64,000 nucleotides of DNA from an uncultured Candidatus Rokubacteria bacterium (GCA_963758635.1 CAVWWD010000005.1:416001-480000), one strand, 5' to 3'. Counted from the first letter of the stretch, positions 21,075 through 33,569 are shown. Notes: generated by a model not told the origin, from the letters alone. Program-made: numbers and translations.

Positions 21075-23795
21075 AGCAATTTCTTTGACGCGAGCCTGGG
21101 CCGCGGCGAGCCAGGCGATGGGGACCAGGTAGGGCGAGCACGAGACGTAGGTCATGCCGACGCGGTGGCAGAACTCCACCGACGAGGGCTCGCCGCCGTG
21201 CTCGCCGCAGATGCCCACCTTGAGCGTGGGCCGGGTCTTCCGGCCGCGCTCGATGCCGATGCGGATCATCTCGCCCACGCCTTCCTGGTCGAGCACCGCG
21301 AACGGGTCGGCGGGGAGGAGCTTCTTCTCGAGGTAGAAGGGCAGGAACTTCCCGATGTCGTCGCGGCTGTAGCCGAACGTCATCTGGGTGAGATCGTTGG
21401 TCCCGAACGAGAAGAACTCGGCGACCTCGGCGAGCTGGCCGGCGACCAGCGAGGCGCGCGGCACCTCGATCATGGTGCCCACCGTGTAGGGCACGGTGAC
21501 GCCGGTGTCCGCGATCACGCGGTCGGCGACCCGGCGGGTCATGTCGCCGGTGAGGCGCATCTCGGCCATCGTCCCCGTGAGCGGGATCATGATCTCGGGC
21601 GAGACGCGGACGCCGCGGCGGGCCACGGCGCACGCCGCCTCCATGATGGCGCGCACCTGCATCTCGTAGATCTCGGGGAACGTGATGCCGAGCCGGCAGC
21701 CGCGGTGGCCCAGCATGGGGTTCGACTCGGCGAGAGCCTCGAGCCGATCCTTGATCGCCTGGAGCTCCTGGTGCCGCGCGGGGTTGAACCCGCGCGCGTC
21801 GAGCCGCGTGTACTCCTCGAGCACGTCGGCATACTTGGGCAGGAACTCGTGGAGCGGGGGGTCGAGGAGCCGGATGGTCACGGGCCTGCCGTCCATCGCG
21901 GTGAAGATGCCCACGAAGTCCTCGCGCTGGAAGGGCAGCAGCCGGTCCACCGCCTTCTGCCGCTCGGACACGTCGGCGGCCATGATCATCTCGCGGACGA
22001 TCGAGATCCGCTCCGGCTTGAAGAACATGTGCTCGGTCCGCACCAGCCCGATGCCCTCGGCGTCGAACTCGAGCGCCTTGGCGGCGTCCTCCGGCGTGTC
22101 GGCGTTGGCGCGCACCCGCGTCGTGCTCACCTCGCGCGCCCAGTCCAGCAGCTCCTTGAACTCCTTCGAGAGCGGCGGTTGCACGAGCCGGAGCCGCTTG
22201 GTGACGACCTCCCCCTTCTCGGTCAGCGTGATCCACTGCCCCTCGCGGATGCGCTCGCGGCCGATCTCGAGGATCCGCCGCTCCTCGTCCACGACCGCGT
22301 CGCTGGTCCCGACGACGCACGGCTTGCCCCAGCCCCGGGCCACGACCGCGGCATGCGACGTGAGGCCGCCGCGGGAGGTGAGGATCCCCTGCGCCGCGCG
22401 CATGCCGGCGACGTCCTCCGGGGACGTCTCCGCCCGGACGAGGATCACGTCCTGCTCGAGGAGCGCCTTCTCCACCGCGGTGTCGGGATGGAACACGACG
22501 GTGCCCACGGCGGCGCCGTGCGTGGCCGCGAGGCCCTTCGTCGAGGGCGTGTACGTCTCGTCCGGGTCGACGACCTTGTGGAGGAGCTCGTTGATCCGCT
22601 CGGGCTCCAGGCGCAGGAGCGCGGTGTCGCGGTCGATCAGCCGCTCCGCCACCATCTCCACGGCGATCCGCACCGCGGCGGCCGCCGTGCGCTTGCCCGC
22701 GCGCGTCTGCAGGAGGTAGAGGGTGCCGTCCTGGACGGTGAACTCCATGTCCTGCATGTCGCGGTAGTGCTTCTCGAGACGGTCCTTGATCGTGACGAGC
22801 TTCCGGTACACCTCGGGCATCCGCCGCTCGAGGGCGGACAGCGGCTCGGGGGTGCGGATGCCCGCCACGACGTCCTCGCCCTGCGCGTTGACCAGGAACT
22901 CGCCGAAGAAGCGGCGCTCGCCCGTGGTGGGGTCGCGGCTGAAGCACACGCCGGTGCCAGAGCGCTCGCCCAGGTTGCCGAACACCATGGCCATCACGGT
23001 GACGGCGGTGCCCCAGTCGTCGGGCAGCCGGTGGATGCGCCGGTAGTCCATCGCCTTCTTCGCGAACCAGGAGTCGAACACGGCCTTGACGGCCAGCCGG
23101 AGCTGCTCCGCCGGGTCCTGGGGAAAGGCGCCGCCCGTCCGCTCCGCGATCAGACGCTTGAAGTCCGCGACCAGCTCCTGGAGCATCGGCGCGGGCACCT
23201 CGGCGTCGGTCTGGACGCCGGCGCGAGCCTTCGCCTGGTCGAGCTTCTCGTCGAACGCGCGGCGCTCGATCCCGAGGACCACGTCGCCGAAGATCGTGAG
23301 GAAGCGCCGGTAGCAGTCCCAGGCGAAGCGTTCGTTGCGCGTGCGGCGGGCGAGGCCGATCACGGTGCGGTCGTTGAGGCCCAGGTTGAGAACGGTGTCC
23401 ATCATGCCGGGCATCGACGCGCGCGCGCCGGACCGCACCGACACCAGGAGCGGCCGCTCGGCGTCGCCCAGCCTGGCCCCCGCCGCTCGTTCGAGCCGCT
23501 GGAGGCCGGCCTCGACCTGAGGCCAGAGCGCCGGCGGGTAGGTCTTCCCCGCCGTCTCGTAGGCGCGCCACGCCGTGGTCGTGATCGTGAAGCCGGGAGG
23601 AACCGGGATGCCGAGGTTGGTCATCTCGGCGAGCTCGCAGCCCTTGCCGCCGAGGAGGTCGCGGAGCGCGCTCGATCCTTCGGCTTTCCCCGCGCCGAAG
23701 GAGTAGACGTACTTGGGGCCGCGGGTGTCCGCACGTGGACCCCCGACGCGAGCCGCTCTCGCGGGCGCGCCCTTGCGCGTGGTAGTCCTCGCCAT
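21063..23795 (-). CDS. ppdK: Pyruvate, phosphate dikinase
   Basis: LLGGKG, SVRSGARASMPGMMDT, GGLTSHAAVVARG, GTNDLTQ, GICGEHGG. Confidence 0.98.
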   Translation of the reverse strand: MARTTTRKGAPARAARVGGPRADTRGPKYVYSFGAGKAEGSSALRDLLGGKGCELAEMTNLGIPVPPGFTITTTAWRAYETAGKTYPPALWPQVEAGLQRLERAAGARLGDAERPLLVSVRSGARASMPGMMDTVLNLGLNDRTVIGLARRTRNERFAWDCYRRFLTIFGDVVLGIERRAFDEKLDQAKARAGVQTDAEVPAPMLQELVADFKRLIAERTGGAFPQDPAEQLRLAVKAVFDSWFAKKAMDYRRIHRLPDDWGTAVTVMAMVFGNLGERSGTGVCFSRDPTTGERRFFGEFLVNAQGEDVVAGIRTPEPLSALERRMPEVYRKLVTIKDRLEKHYRDMQDMEFTVQDGTLYLLQTRAGKRTAAAAVRIAVEMVAERLIDRDTALLRLEPERINELLHKVVDPDETYTPSTKGLAATHGAAVGTVVFHPDTAVEKALLEQDVILVRAETSPEDVAGMRAAQGILTSRGGLTSHAAVVARGWGKPCVVGTSDAVVDEERRILEIGRERIREGQWITLTEKGEVVTKRLRLVQPPLSKEFKELLDWAREVSTTRVRANADTPEDAAKALEFDAEGIGLVRTEHMFFKPERISIVREMIMAADVSERQKAVDRLLPFQREDFVGIFTAMDGRPVTIRLLDPPLHEFLPKYADVLEEYTRLDARGFNPARHQELQAIKDRLEALAESNPMLGHRGCRLGITFPEIYEMQVRAIMEAACAVARRGVRVSPEIMIPLTGTMAEMRLTGDMTRRVADRVIADTGVTVPYTVGTMIEVPRASLVAGQLAEVAEFFSFGTNDLTQMTFGYSRDDIGKFLPFYLEKKLLPADPFAVLDQEGVGEMIRIGIERGRKTRPTLKVGICGEHGGEPSSVEFCHRVGMTYVSCSPYLVPIAWLAAAQARVKEIALRG

Positions 23796-23960
23796 CCGAA
23801 ACGGCCCCTCCGGCTGAGTCCTCTACCGGGACAGAAAAGACAGGTCCAGAACGGCGACCTGATTATCGAGCGATGTTAAGGGAGGGGGTGCGAGAAGTCA
23901 AACGATTATTCTTGCTCGACGCGGACTTACACTTCGCTGGCCGCCCCCGGATGCGGTGAG

Positions 23961-24779
23961 TCACCCGCCTCGGCGCCGGCGGCCCGGCGCCGGCGTGCCC
24001 GACCGGGCGCGGCTCGCCTCTCCCCCGCTCGGGCCCATCACGAGCTTCTCCACCTCGATCAGGTGGTCGAGGACGGCGCGGTGCGTTCCCATCTCGTCAC
24101 GGCGGCGGAGCGCATCGAGCACCCGGACGTGGTCCTGGTGGGAGCGGGTGGGCCGGCCGGGCGTGTGCAGCGACTCCTCACGGCTCTGGGCGAGCAGGTC
24201 CATGAGGGCGTTGACGATGCGGCTGATGGCGCGGTTGTGGGCGCTCTGGGCGAGGGCCCGGTGAAAGGCCGCGTCCTGGGACAGCCCCGTGCCCCCCTGG
24301 GTGACCTCCTTGGCCTGCTCCTCGAGGATGCGCTCCATCTCCGCGATCTCGTCGGGGGTGGCCCGGCGGGCGGCGAGCGCGGCGATGGCGGGCTCGAGGA
24401 GCCGGCGGGCCTCGAAGAGCTCCCCGACGCCCTCGCGATGGGGCAGGATCACCAGCGCCAGCGGCTCGATCAAGGCTTCGAGGGAGATGTCGCGCACGAA
24501 CGCGCCCTCGCCCGCCCTGATCTCGATGAGGCCGCGGCTCTCCAGCGAGCGCAGCGCCTCTCGCACCGACGTGCGGCTCACCATGAACTTCTCGGCCAGC
24601 TCGCGCTCCGGCGGCAGCCGGTCGCCGGACTTGAGCTTCCCCTCGGCGATGAGGACCTTCACCTGCTTGACGATCTCCTCATAGATGCGGGTCGAGCGGA
24701 CGGGCTCGAGGTCCACCGCGCTGGCCAGAGGCGCCGGCCGGCCCGCGGGGCGCCCGCCGTCGCCGGCGCGGGAGCTCAT
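23961..24779 (-). CDS. FadR/GntR-family transcriptional regulator
   Basis: GDRLPPERELAEKFMVSRTSVREAL wHTH; FCD domain (DAAFH...H). Confidence 0.92.
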   Translation of the reverse strand: MSSRAGDGGRPAGRPAPLASAVDLEPVRSTRIYEEIVKQVKVLIAEGKLKSGDRLPPERELAEKFMVSRTSVREALRSLESRGLIEIRAGEGAFVRDISLEALIEPLALVILPHREGVGELFEARRLLEPAIAALAARRATPDEIAEMERILEEQAKEVTQGGTGLSQDAAFHRALAQSAHNRAISRIVNALMDLLAQSREESLHTPGRPTRSHQDHVRVLDALRRRDEMGTHRAVLDHLIEVEKLVMGPSGGEASRARSGTPAPGRRRRGG

Positions 24780-26293
24780 GCCGTCTCCCGGGCGCGCGCC
24801 GCCGCCGCGGCGCGCCACCGGCGCCGGAGCGGCGCGATCGCCGGCAGCGCGAAGAACAGCACGGCCACCGCGCTGATGACGGCCGAGATGGGCCGCGTGA
24901 AGAAGATCGCGAGCGAGCCCTGCGACATGATCAGGCTCTGCCGGAGCGCGTTCTCGGCGAGGTCGCCGAGGACGAGGGCGAGGACCAGCGGGGCGAGCGG
25001 GTAGTCGAGCTTCTTGAAGGCATAGCCGATGACCCCGAAGATCAGCATGTACCACACGTCGATCATGGCGTTGTGCACGGAGTAGGCGCCGATCGCGCAC
25101 ACGCACACGATGAGCGGCGTGAGGATGGCGAAGGGGATGCGCAGGATCGCCGCGAACAGCGGCACGAACGCCAGCACCATGACCACGCCGATCACGTTGC
25201 CGGTGTACATGCTCGCGATCAGGCCCCACACGAAGTCCGGCCGCTCCTTGAAGAGCATGGGGCCGGGCTGGAGTCCCCAGATGATGAGCCCGCCGAGCAT
25301 GACGGCGGCGGTCGGCGACCCGGGGATACCCAGCGTGATCATCGGCAGGAGCGCGGCGCCCCCCGCGGCGTGCGCTGCCGTCTCCGGGGCGATCACGCCC
25401 TCGATCTCGCCCTTCCCGAAGCGCTCCGGGTTGCGCGAGAAGCGCTTGGCGAACGCATAGCTCATGAACGACGCGGGGGTGGCGCCGCCCGGCTTGAAGC
25501 CCATCCAGAAGCCGATGACCGAGCTGCGGATGAAGGTGCGGTAGTAGCGCGGCAGCGTCTTCCACGTCTGCCAGACCACCCGGGGGTTGATCCGCGCCTT
25601 CGCGCCGCGGAAGGACAGCCCCTCCTCCACCGTCAGCAGCATCTCGCCGATCCCGAACAGCCCGATGACGGCCACGATGAAATCGAAGCCCTTCATGAGA
25701 TCGGTGAAGCCGAAGGTGAGCCGCAGGCTGCCGGTGACGATGTCGAGGCCCACCGAGGCCAGGAGGAAGCCGAGGAGGATCGACACGAGCGACTTGACGG
25801 CGTTGCCGCCACCCAACCCGATGAACGACGAGAAGGTCAGGAGCTGGATGGCGAAGAACTCCGGCGGCCCGAACTTGAGCGCGACCTCCGCGAGCAGCGG
25901 CGCGAACAGCGTGATGAGCACCACCGAGAAGAGCGCGCCCACGAACGACGAGGTGAAGGCGGCGGTGAGGGCCTGCCCGCCCTCGCCCTGGCGCGCCATC
26001 GGATAGCCGTCGAAGGTGGTCGCCACCGACCACGGCTCGCCCGGGATGTTGAACAGGATCGAGGTGATCGCGCCCCCGAACAGCGCGCCCCAGTACACGC
26101 TGGTCAGCAGGATGATCGCGGAGGTCGGCGGCATCGTGAACGTGAGCGGAAGCAGGATCGCGACGCCGTTGGCTCCGCCGAGGCCGGGGAGGACGCCGAT
26201 CACCGTTCCCAGCGTCACGCCGATGATCGCGACGCCGAGGTTGAACGGCTGAAAGGCGATCTGGAGTCCGAGCAGCAGGTTCTCGACGCCCAA
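24776..26293 (-). CDS. tctA: Tripartite tricarboxylate transporter permease
   Basis: GVLPGLG, NIPGEPWSVATTFDG, LGIPGS, GLQPGP. Confidence 0.94.
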   Translation of the reverse strand: MGVENLLLGLQIAFQPFNLGVAIIGVTLGTVIGVLPGLGGANGVAILLPLTFTMPPTSAIILLTSVYWGALFGGAITSILFNIPGEPWSVATTFDGYPMARQGEGGQALTAAFTSSFVGALFSVVLITLFAPLLAEVALKFGPPEFFAIQLLTFSSFIGLGGGNAVKSLVSILLGFLLASVGLDIVTGSLRLTFGFTDLMKGFDFIVAVIGLFGIGEMLLTVEEGLSFRGAKARINPRVVWQTWKTLPRYYRTFIRSSVIGFWMGFKPGGATPASFMSYAFAKRFSRNPERFGKGEIEGVIAPETAAHAAGGAALLPMITLGIPGSPTAAVMLGGLIIWGLQPGPMLFKERPDFVWGLIASMYTGNVIGVVMVLAFVPLFAAILRIPFAILTPLIVCVCAIGAYSVHNAMIDVWYMLIFGVIGYAFKKLDYPLAPLVLALVLGDLAENALRQSLIMSQGSLAIFFTRPISAVISAVAVLFFALPAIAPLRRRWRAAAAARARETA

Positions 26294-26360
26294 ACTTATC
26301 GCCCCTCACCCCTGCCCCTCTCCCCTCGCGGGGAGAGGGGTGCGGAGCGATGCGCCGGGC

Positions 26361-26822
26361 CTAGTAACCGAGCCACGTCTCGAGGGGGCCCTTGGGCATC
26401 GGGACCAGGAACCACTTCTCGAACACGACGAAGGTGATCACGGAGAACGCCATGCCCGTGAGCAGCGTCGCCGGCCACGAGTGGCGGCCGATCCAGCGCA
26501 TGTAGAAGCCCATGTAGAGCGGGGCGGCCACGTAGAGGCCGATCGCCTGCACGAGCACCACGAAGGCGGCGGCGGGCAGCGCCATCTTGAGCACGGGGCC
26601 CAGCGCTTCTCGCCGGACGAACGGCCCGCCCCGCGGGTGGGACAGCGTCTGCGCGGCGATCACCCCCGCGGACAGGAGCAGCAGCACGGCGAGCCAGAAG
26701 GGGAAGAACCCGCTCTGCGGCCCGTCGGAGCCCCACCCCATGCCGAGCCGGAGCGAGTCGACGATGACCAGGATGCCGATGGCGGCCAGCCCAACCACGG
26801 TGATGAGATCGGCGACGCGCAT
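26361..26822 (-). CDS. tctB: Tripartite tricarboxylate transporter small subunit
   Basis: About 4 hydrophobic segments; GPQSGFFPFW, FEKWFLVPMPKG; lies between tctC and tctA. Confidence 0.88.
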   Translation of the reverse strand: MRVADLITVVGLAAIGILVIVDSLRLGMGWGSDGPQSGFFPFWLAVLLLLSAGVIAAQTLSHPRGGPFVRREALGPVLKMALPAAAFVVLVQAIGLYVAAPLYMGFYMRWIGRHSWPATLLTGMAFSVITFVVFEKWFLVPMPKGPLETWLGY

Positions 26823-26835
26823 CGGCCGCGCCGGG

Positions 26836-27832
26836 CTACTTCTTGAGGAGCCCGCCCTTGGCCATCAGGTCACGGTGCAGCTGGTCGGTCCCCTCCAGCC
26901 ACTTCACGTAGTCGGGGCCGGTGAGCCACGACGGCTTGAGCGCCCCCTTCGACAGGTAGTCCTTGAACTCCGGCGGAGTCGTACACCTTGCGGAGGAAGC
27001 CCTGGAACCACTCCACCGCGTCCTTGGGCATGTCGGGCGCGCCGAAGATGCCGCGCAGCATCAGGTAGTGGATGTCCGTGCCGAGGGCTTCCTTCACCGT
27101 GGGGACGTCCTTCCAGTCCGGGTCGGCGATGCGCGCGGTGTCGAACACGGCGAGCGGGCGCACGCGCCCGGCCTTCCAGTGGCTCACGCACTCGATCGGG
27201 TTGTTCACCGTGGAGTCGATGTGCTTGCCGACCAGGTTCACGCAGACCTCGCCGCCGCCCTTGAACGGCACGTAGGTGAACTTGGCCCCTTCCGCCTGCT
27301 CGAGCTGGATGGTGATGATCTGGTCTTCCTGGGCCGAGCCGGTGCCGCCCATCTTCATGGCACCGGACTTCTCCTTGGCCGCGGCCAGGTACTCGCGCGC
27401 GGTCTTGTAGGGCGTCTCGGCGTTCACCCACAGGATGAACTGGTCGAGGGCCAGGCGCGCCACCGGCGTGAGGTCCTTCCACGCGAACGGCACCCCGGTG
27501 TGCAGCGGGGTCGTGAACAGGTTGGACAGCGTGATGATGATCGTGTGGGCGTCGCCCTTCTTGCCCTTGACGTGCAGGAAGCCCTCCGCGCCGGCGCCCC
27601 CCGACTTGTTGACCACGATGATCGGACGCGGGGAGAGCTTGTTCTTCTCGGCAATCCCCGCGATGAGCCGCGCCATCTGGTCGGCGCCGCCCCCCGTGCC
27701 CGCGGGGATCACGAACTCGATCGGTTTGGTGGGTTCCCAGGCCGCCTCGGCCACGAGCGGACTCGCCAGCATCGAGCCGGCGAGGACGAGGACGGCGAGG
27801 AGGACGGTGAAGAGTCGGCGTTGACGTGTCAT
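26836..27832 (-). CDS. tctC: Tripartite tricarboxylate transporter substrate-binding protein (frameshift near 26975)
   Basis: Signal peptide; PAGTGGGADQMAR, NKSGGAG, YVPFKGGG. Confidence 0.92.
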
Positions 27833-27982
27833 GTCATGCCCTCCGTTCGTGTCGAGACGAGTTTCCGGGGGACCACGACAGCCCAGCCGATGGCCGACTC
27901 ACGGAGAGCCGACTGAAGCGCCACGACCGCAGAGGGTCGTGGCCGGGCCCCCGCGGATCGGGGACCCGGCCGGTCCGTACGG

Positions 27983-29003
27983 CTACGGGGCGGGCACCGC
28001 CGGGCGCTTCTCCTTCCAGAACGGCACCACTCCCGGGATCTCCCACTTGTCCCACATCTCGTCGACCTTCGACTGGAAGTACTCCAGGTCCTCTTCGATG
28101 AAGTGCGCGAACCGGCCCTGCTTCAAGAGGTACTCGCGCACCGGCTTGCGGGGACGGCCGTCGGCGATGGCCTTCGACTTGCCGTAGTGCCGCACCACGC
28201 CGTCCTCGACCTCGTAGAGCGGGAAGATCCCCGTCTCCACCGCCAGCTCGCCGAGCTCGTGGGAGAGCATGGGGTCGTAGTCCCAGCCCTTCGGGCACGG
28301 GTCCAGCGAGTGGATGAAGGTGGGCCCGCCGATGCTGAGGGCCTTGCGGACCTTGTTCATCATCTCCACCGCGTAGGACGCGTCGACGGTGGCGACGTAG
28401 CGGCACTCGGGGTGTCCGGCCGCGAGCATCCCCGCCATGTTCTTCTTCCAGCGGGTGTGGATGATGCGCTTGACGGTGCCCGGAGGGCTGAAGGTGGTGT
28501 TGGCGCCGTAGGGGGTGGAGCCCGAGAGCTGGATGTCGGTGTTGGCGTAGGACTCGTTGTCGTACATCAGGATCAGCGAGTTGTACTCGCGGTGCGTCAG
28601 CGTCGCCGAGATGGCGCCGAGCCCCATGTCCGCGCCGCCGCCGTCGCCGCAGAACGCGATGACGTTGATCGGCTCGGACTTCATCTTGCCCTTCTTCATG
28701 AGGGCCTTGAGCCCGGCCGCGGTGCCGAGGGCCGCGGAGCCCGACGAGCCGAGCTGGGTGTGCATCCACGGCACCACCCATGGCGTGGTGTAGTACGTGG
28801 TGTTGGCCACGTACATGCAGCCGGTGGCGCCGAGCACGATGGTGCGCGGGCCGGCCGCCTTCACCATGAGCTTCATCACCAGCGCCGACTCGCAGCCCTG
28901 ACAGGTGCGGTGGCCGGAGGTGAAGTACTCCTCGATCGTGACTCTCTTGACGCCCCGGAAGGGCGTGAGCACCTGCGTCGCGTTCGTGAAGGTTCTCGGC
29001 CAT
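27983..29003 (-). CDS. 2-oxoacid:ferredoxin oxidoreductase beta subunit, oxalate oxidoreductase-like (probable N-terminal frameshift; alternative start GTG 28972)
   Basis: GHRTCQGC, GCMYVANT, GDGG ThDP motif, YDNESYANT, CPKGW. Confidence 0.9.
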
Positions 29004-29036
29004 GGGTCCTGTATATGCTCTCTCGCTCGGGCTCGC

Positions 29037-30270
29037 CTATTCCCGCACGCCGAGCCACGTGGTCTTGAGCGGGGACTTGCCCGTCTTCGCCGCCTCGTAG
29101 CAGATGTCGGTCGCCTTGTAGACGTCCTCCAGCGTCACCTCGCGGCCGCCGAGGCCGCAAATGAAGGACACGAGCGGCGGCCGACGGTCGGCATTGTACA
29201 GCGCCGCGCGGACCTCGTTGGCGACCACCCCGGAACCGAAGGGCGACCCGAACGAGTAGTCCCGGTCGATGATCCCCACCGCCTTGGCTCCCTGCAGAGC
29301 CGTCACCATCCGCTCCGTCGGGAACGGCCGGAACCAGCGGGGCCGGATCAGGCCGACCTTCTTGCCCTGGGCGCGCATGTTTCGGATGCCGACCTTGAAC
29401 GGCAAGGAGATCGTTCCCATGCCCATCAGGATGACGTCGGCGTCCTCGGTCATGTACTCCTCGAACCACGGGTTCTCGGGCCCGCGGCCGAACACGCGCC
29501 GAAAGTCCGCGTACGCCTCGTCGATGACGGTGTAGGCGCGCGTCATCGCCTCGTTGTTCTGCCGGCGGATCTCGATGACCCAGTCCTCGTTGGCCTGCGG
29601 CGCCACCGTGATCGGGTTGTCGGGATGGAGCTGGAGGTCGCCGCGGTCGTAGCGCGGCAGGAAGCGATCGACCTTGGCCTGGGTCGGCACCTGCACGATG
29701 GTCTGCGAGTGGGTGAGGAACGCCCCGTCCGCGGAGATGGCGATCGGGAGGAAGACCCGCCGGTCCTCGGCGATGCGGTACGCGAGGAGCGTCGTGTCGA
29801 GCATCTCCTGCGCGGTGTCCACCCAGATGAGCAGCCAGCCGAGGTCGCGCACCACGAGGGCGTCGTTGTGCTCGACGCCGAAGGCCCCGGGATCGTCCAG
29901 CGCCCGGTTGCCGACCATGCAGACCATGGGCACCCGCAGCGGCGGGGTGACGGTCAAACACTCCATCGCGTACATCCAGCCCACGCCGGAGGAGCCGCAG
30001 AAGACGCGCGCGCCCACCGTGGAGGCGTGCTTGACGATCTCGAACTGGCTGTGCTCGCCCTCGGCCACGATGTACTCGGCCACCAGCTTGCCGTTCGCGA
30101 TCTTCTTGGCGATGGCCTGCATCACGGTGTCGTAGGGACGGATCGGATACGCGGTGACGACGTCGCAGGTCGGCGAGGGTCAGCGCTTCCGCGCAGGCCT
30201 CGCTGCCGGAGATGAGCATCTCCGTGTCGTCGGTGGCTGCCGCTTTCCCTTGCGTGGTCTCGACGGCCAT
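29037..30270 (-). CDS. 2-oxoacid:ferredoxin oxidoreductase alpha subunit, oxalate oxidoreductase-like (frameshift near 30166)
   Basis: DVVTAYPIRPY read manually at 30132-30165; EGEHSQ, GSSGVG, NRALD, FRPFP, GLGGRE. Confidence 0.9.
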
Positions 30271-30283
30271 GTCGGGTTGCCTC

Positions 30284-31546
30284 CTATGCGCCGGGCGCCT
30301 CGGGGACGCCGGTCACGATCGACGACGCGGGGTCGCTTGCCGTCTTCTTGAGCCGGGCGTTCTCCCCGGGAATCCCGTCCGTGATCTCGATGCCGCCCGT
30401 GTCGCGCTCCGCGACCAGCTCCTTCTCGTACTGGCCGCGGAAGCGGAAGCCGTGGGAGCGCACCACGTGGGCCGTGCTGGTGATCTTGTCGGTCATCCAC
30501 GTCTTGTAGCCGTCCTTGTTCTGCCGCCACATCTCCCACTGGCTCGCGTTGTCCTCGAAGGCCGCCTCGTTGACCATCGTGACGCAGTCCTTGGCCGGGC
30601 ACACCGCCTCGCACACGCCGCAGCCGCAGCACGACTCCATGTTCGCGTCGTAGAGGCCGTCGGGCGTCACGTCGAAGCAGGAGTCCGGGCACTGGAGCCA
30701 GCAGAGCGTGCACTTCACGCACTTGTCGAAGTCGATCACCGGCCGCATGGTCCGCGTCGTGAACTTCTTGAAGTACGGGTTGCGCTCGGGCACGTACCCG
30801 CCGCCGCCCTCCATGGGCTTGCCCAGGGGGATGGCCGGGATCGTCACGCCTTCGCGCATCTCCCACCACTTCGGCTTCTCGAACGAGAACGGAGTCTCCG
30901 GGTTGCCCTCGGTGGGCTTCACGGCACGCGTTTCGAGCCGCTCATAGGCCTTGCGCGCCGAGGCGACCTTGAGCTCCGTGCCCCACTCCGCCTCCGTGAT
31001 GGCCTGGCACACGGCGTCGAGCGACAGGAACTGGGGCTCGATCTTCGCCAGGGCGCCCAGGATGCGGGCCTCGGTGTGGTCCTCCTTGAAGACCCAGAGA
31101 CCCGAGAAGGACGCCTTGGCCCGGATCAGCGCCATGTTGTACGGCGCGTCCTTCTTGTGGATGTCCTTCAGCAGGGCCTCGGGGCTCTGGAGCGACGTCA
31201 GGAGGAGCGTCCCGTTGGGGAGCGTGAGCTGGTTGATCGGCTGCAGCCCGTACCACGCCCAGGACTCGACGCCCTTGCCGAGGGTGTCGTCGACGCAAAT
31301 GGTCACGTCGACTTCCTTGGGCTCGTAGCGCGCCATGTTCTGCTCGAGCTCTTCCTGCGTGTCGGCCACGATGGCGAAGTCCTTGGCCGGGATGCCGTTG
31401 CGCTGCGGGCTGTCGCCGTACCGCCCGAACGCGATCCCCCAGCGACCGGCCTTGCGCGCGGAGAGCACGATTCCGCGACAGATGCGCGCGGCAAGGTTCT
31501 TCTGGAAGATGCCGCGGTAGACGACCTCGCACGTGAAGTGAGCCAT
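30284..31546 (-). CDS. 2-oxoacid:ferredoxin oxidoreductase gamma-delta fusion subunit with 2x[4Fe-4S] ferredoxin domain
   Basis: MAHFTCEVVYRG start with an RBS; CVKCTLCWLQCP and CCGCGVCEAVCP. Confidence 0.85.
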   Translation of the reverse strand: MAHFTCEVVYRGIFQKNLAARICRGIVLSARKAGRWGIAFGRYGDSPQRNGIPAKDFAIVADTQEELEQNMARYEPKEVDVTICVDDTLGKGVESWAWYGLQPINQLTLPNGTLLLTSLQSPEALLKDIHKKDAPYNMALIRAKASFSGLWVFKEDHTEARILGALAKIEPQFLSLDAVCQAITEAEWGTELKVASARKAYERLETRAVKPTEGNPETPFSFEKPKWWEMREGVTIPAIPLGKPMEGGGGYVPERNPYFKKFTTRTMRPVIDFDKCVKCTLCWLQCPDSCFDVTPDGLYDANMESCCGCGVCEAVCPAKDCVTMVNEAAFEDNASQWEMWRQNKDGYKTWMTDKITSTAHVVRSHGFRFRGQYEKELVAERDTGGIEITDGIPGENARLKKTASDPASSIVTGVPEAPGA

Positions 31547-31750
31547 GCGTCCTTCCTCCCTCGAATCGGCTGGAAAGCTGGTGCGGTCGGCTGGTCGGAC
31601 CAGACTATGCCAGCGGGTGAAGTCGGTGTCAAGCACCCGTAACAATCAGGTGCGACGCACACATAGCACGCATCGGGCTCCCGGCCTGGCCACCGTTCCG
31701 CGTGCTATAGTGAGCGCCGTCCGTCACGTCGGAATCCGGCAGGGAGAACC

Positions 31751-32959
<1,209 letters not shown>

Positions 32960-33017
32960 CACGGCCCGCCCGCCCGCGCGAATCCGTCCCGAGGAGTTCC
33001 GCCGCGAGCCCTGGCAC

Positions 33018-33569
33018 GTGCACGGCTTTCTCGCGGACGTACCGCTGCACGACGTGTGGGAGCTTCGACTCGAGGGCGGCGGCCCAGGGCGGCGCCTGAA
33101 GGACTTCCGCGCGCTGGTGGTGGATCGGCCCTGGCGCCCTCCGGCCGCGGTGCGCCTCCTGTTCGCCTTCCGGGGGCTCCTCGGCGCCGCGCTGCGCCTC
33201 GATCGCCCGCACCCGGGCGGCATCCCTCCCGGCTCCTACGTCCATCGGCTGAGCCCGGCGGAGCGCGAGCGCTCGCTCGAGCCTCCCGGGAGCCCGTGGG
33301 GCATCTTCCGCCTGGTCTACGCCTTCGAGGACGAGGCGCTCGGCGAGATCGTCAACCGGACGGTGCACGCCTTCTCGTTCATGGGCATGCTGCCCGCCCC
33401 CGGCGGCTACCGCGTGCACTGGGCGATCTACGTCCGCCCGGTGGGCCCGCTGACGCGCCCGTACATGGCGCTCATCGACCCGTTCCGCCGCTGGCTCGTG
33501 TACCCGTCGCTCCTCCGCGGGTTCGAGGACGCGTGGAGAGAGGCGGTCCGCCCCGCGCCGCGGACGTGA
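33018..33569 (+). CDS. Hypothetical protein, DUF2867-like
   Basis: LHDVW...EIVNRTVHAF...YMALIDPFRRWLVYP pattern; start uncertain. Confidence 0.6.
   Translation: MHGFLADVPLHDVWELRLEGGGPGRRLKDFRALVVDRPWRPPAAVRLLFAFRGLLGAALRLDRPHPGGIPPGSYVHRLSPAERERSLEPPGSPWGIFRLVYAFEDEALGEIVNRTVHAFSFMGMLPAPGGYRVHWAIYVRPVGPLTRPYMALIDPFRRWLVYPSLLRGFEDAWREAVRPAPRT

Noticed and set aside
29011..29040. Possible fourth copy of repeat family B between the OFOR alpha and beta genes
   Set aside because: Only a short gapped match (AGGCGAGCC..GAGC..CATAT); too weak to call.
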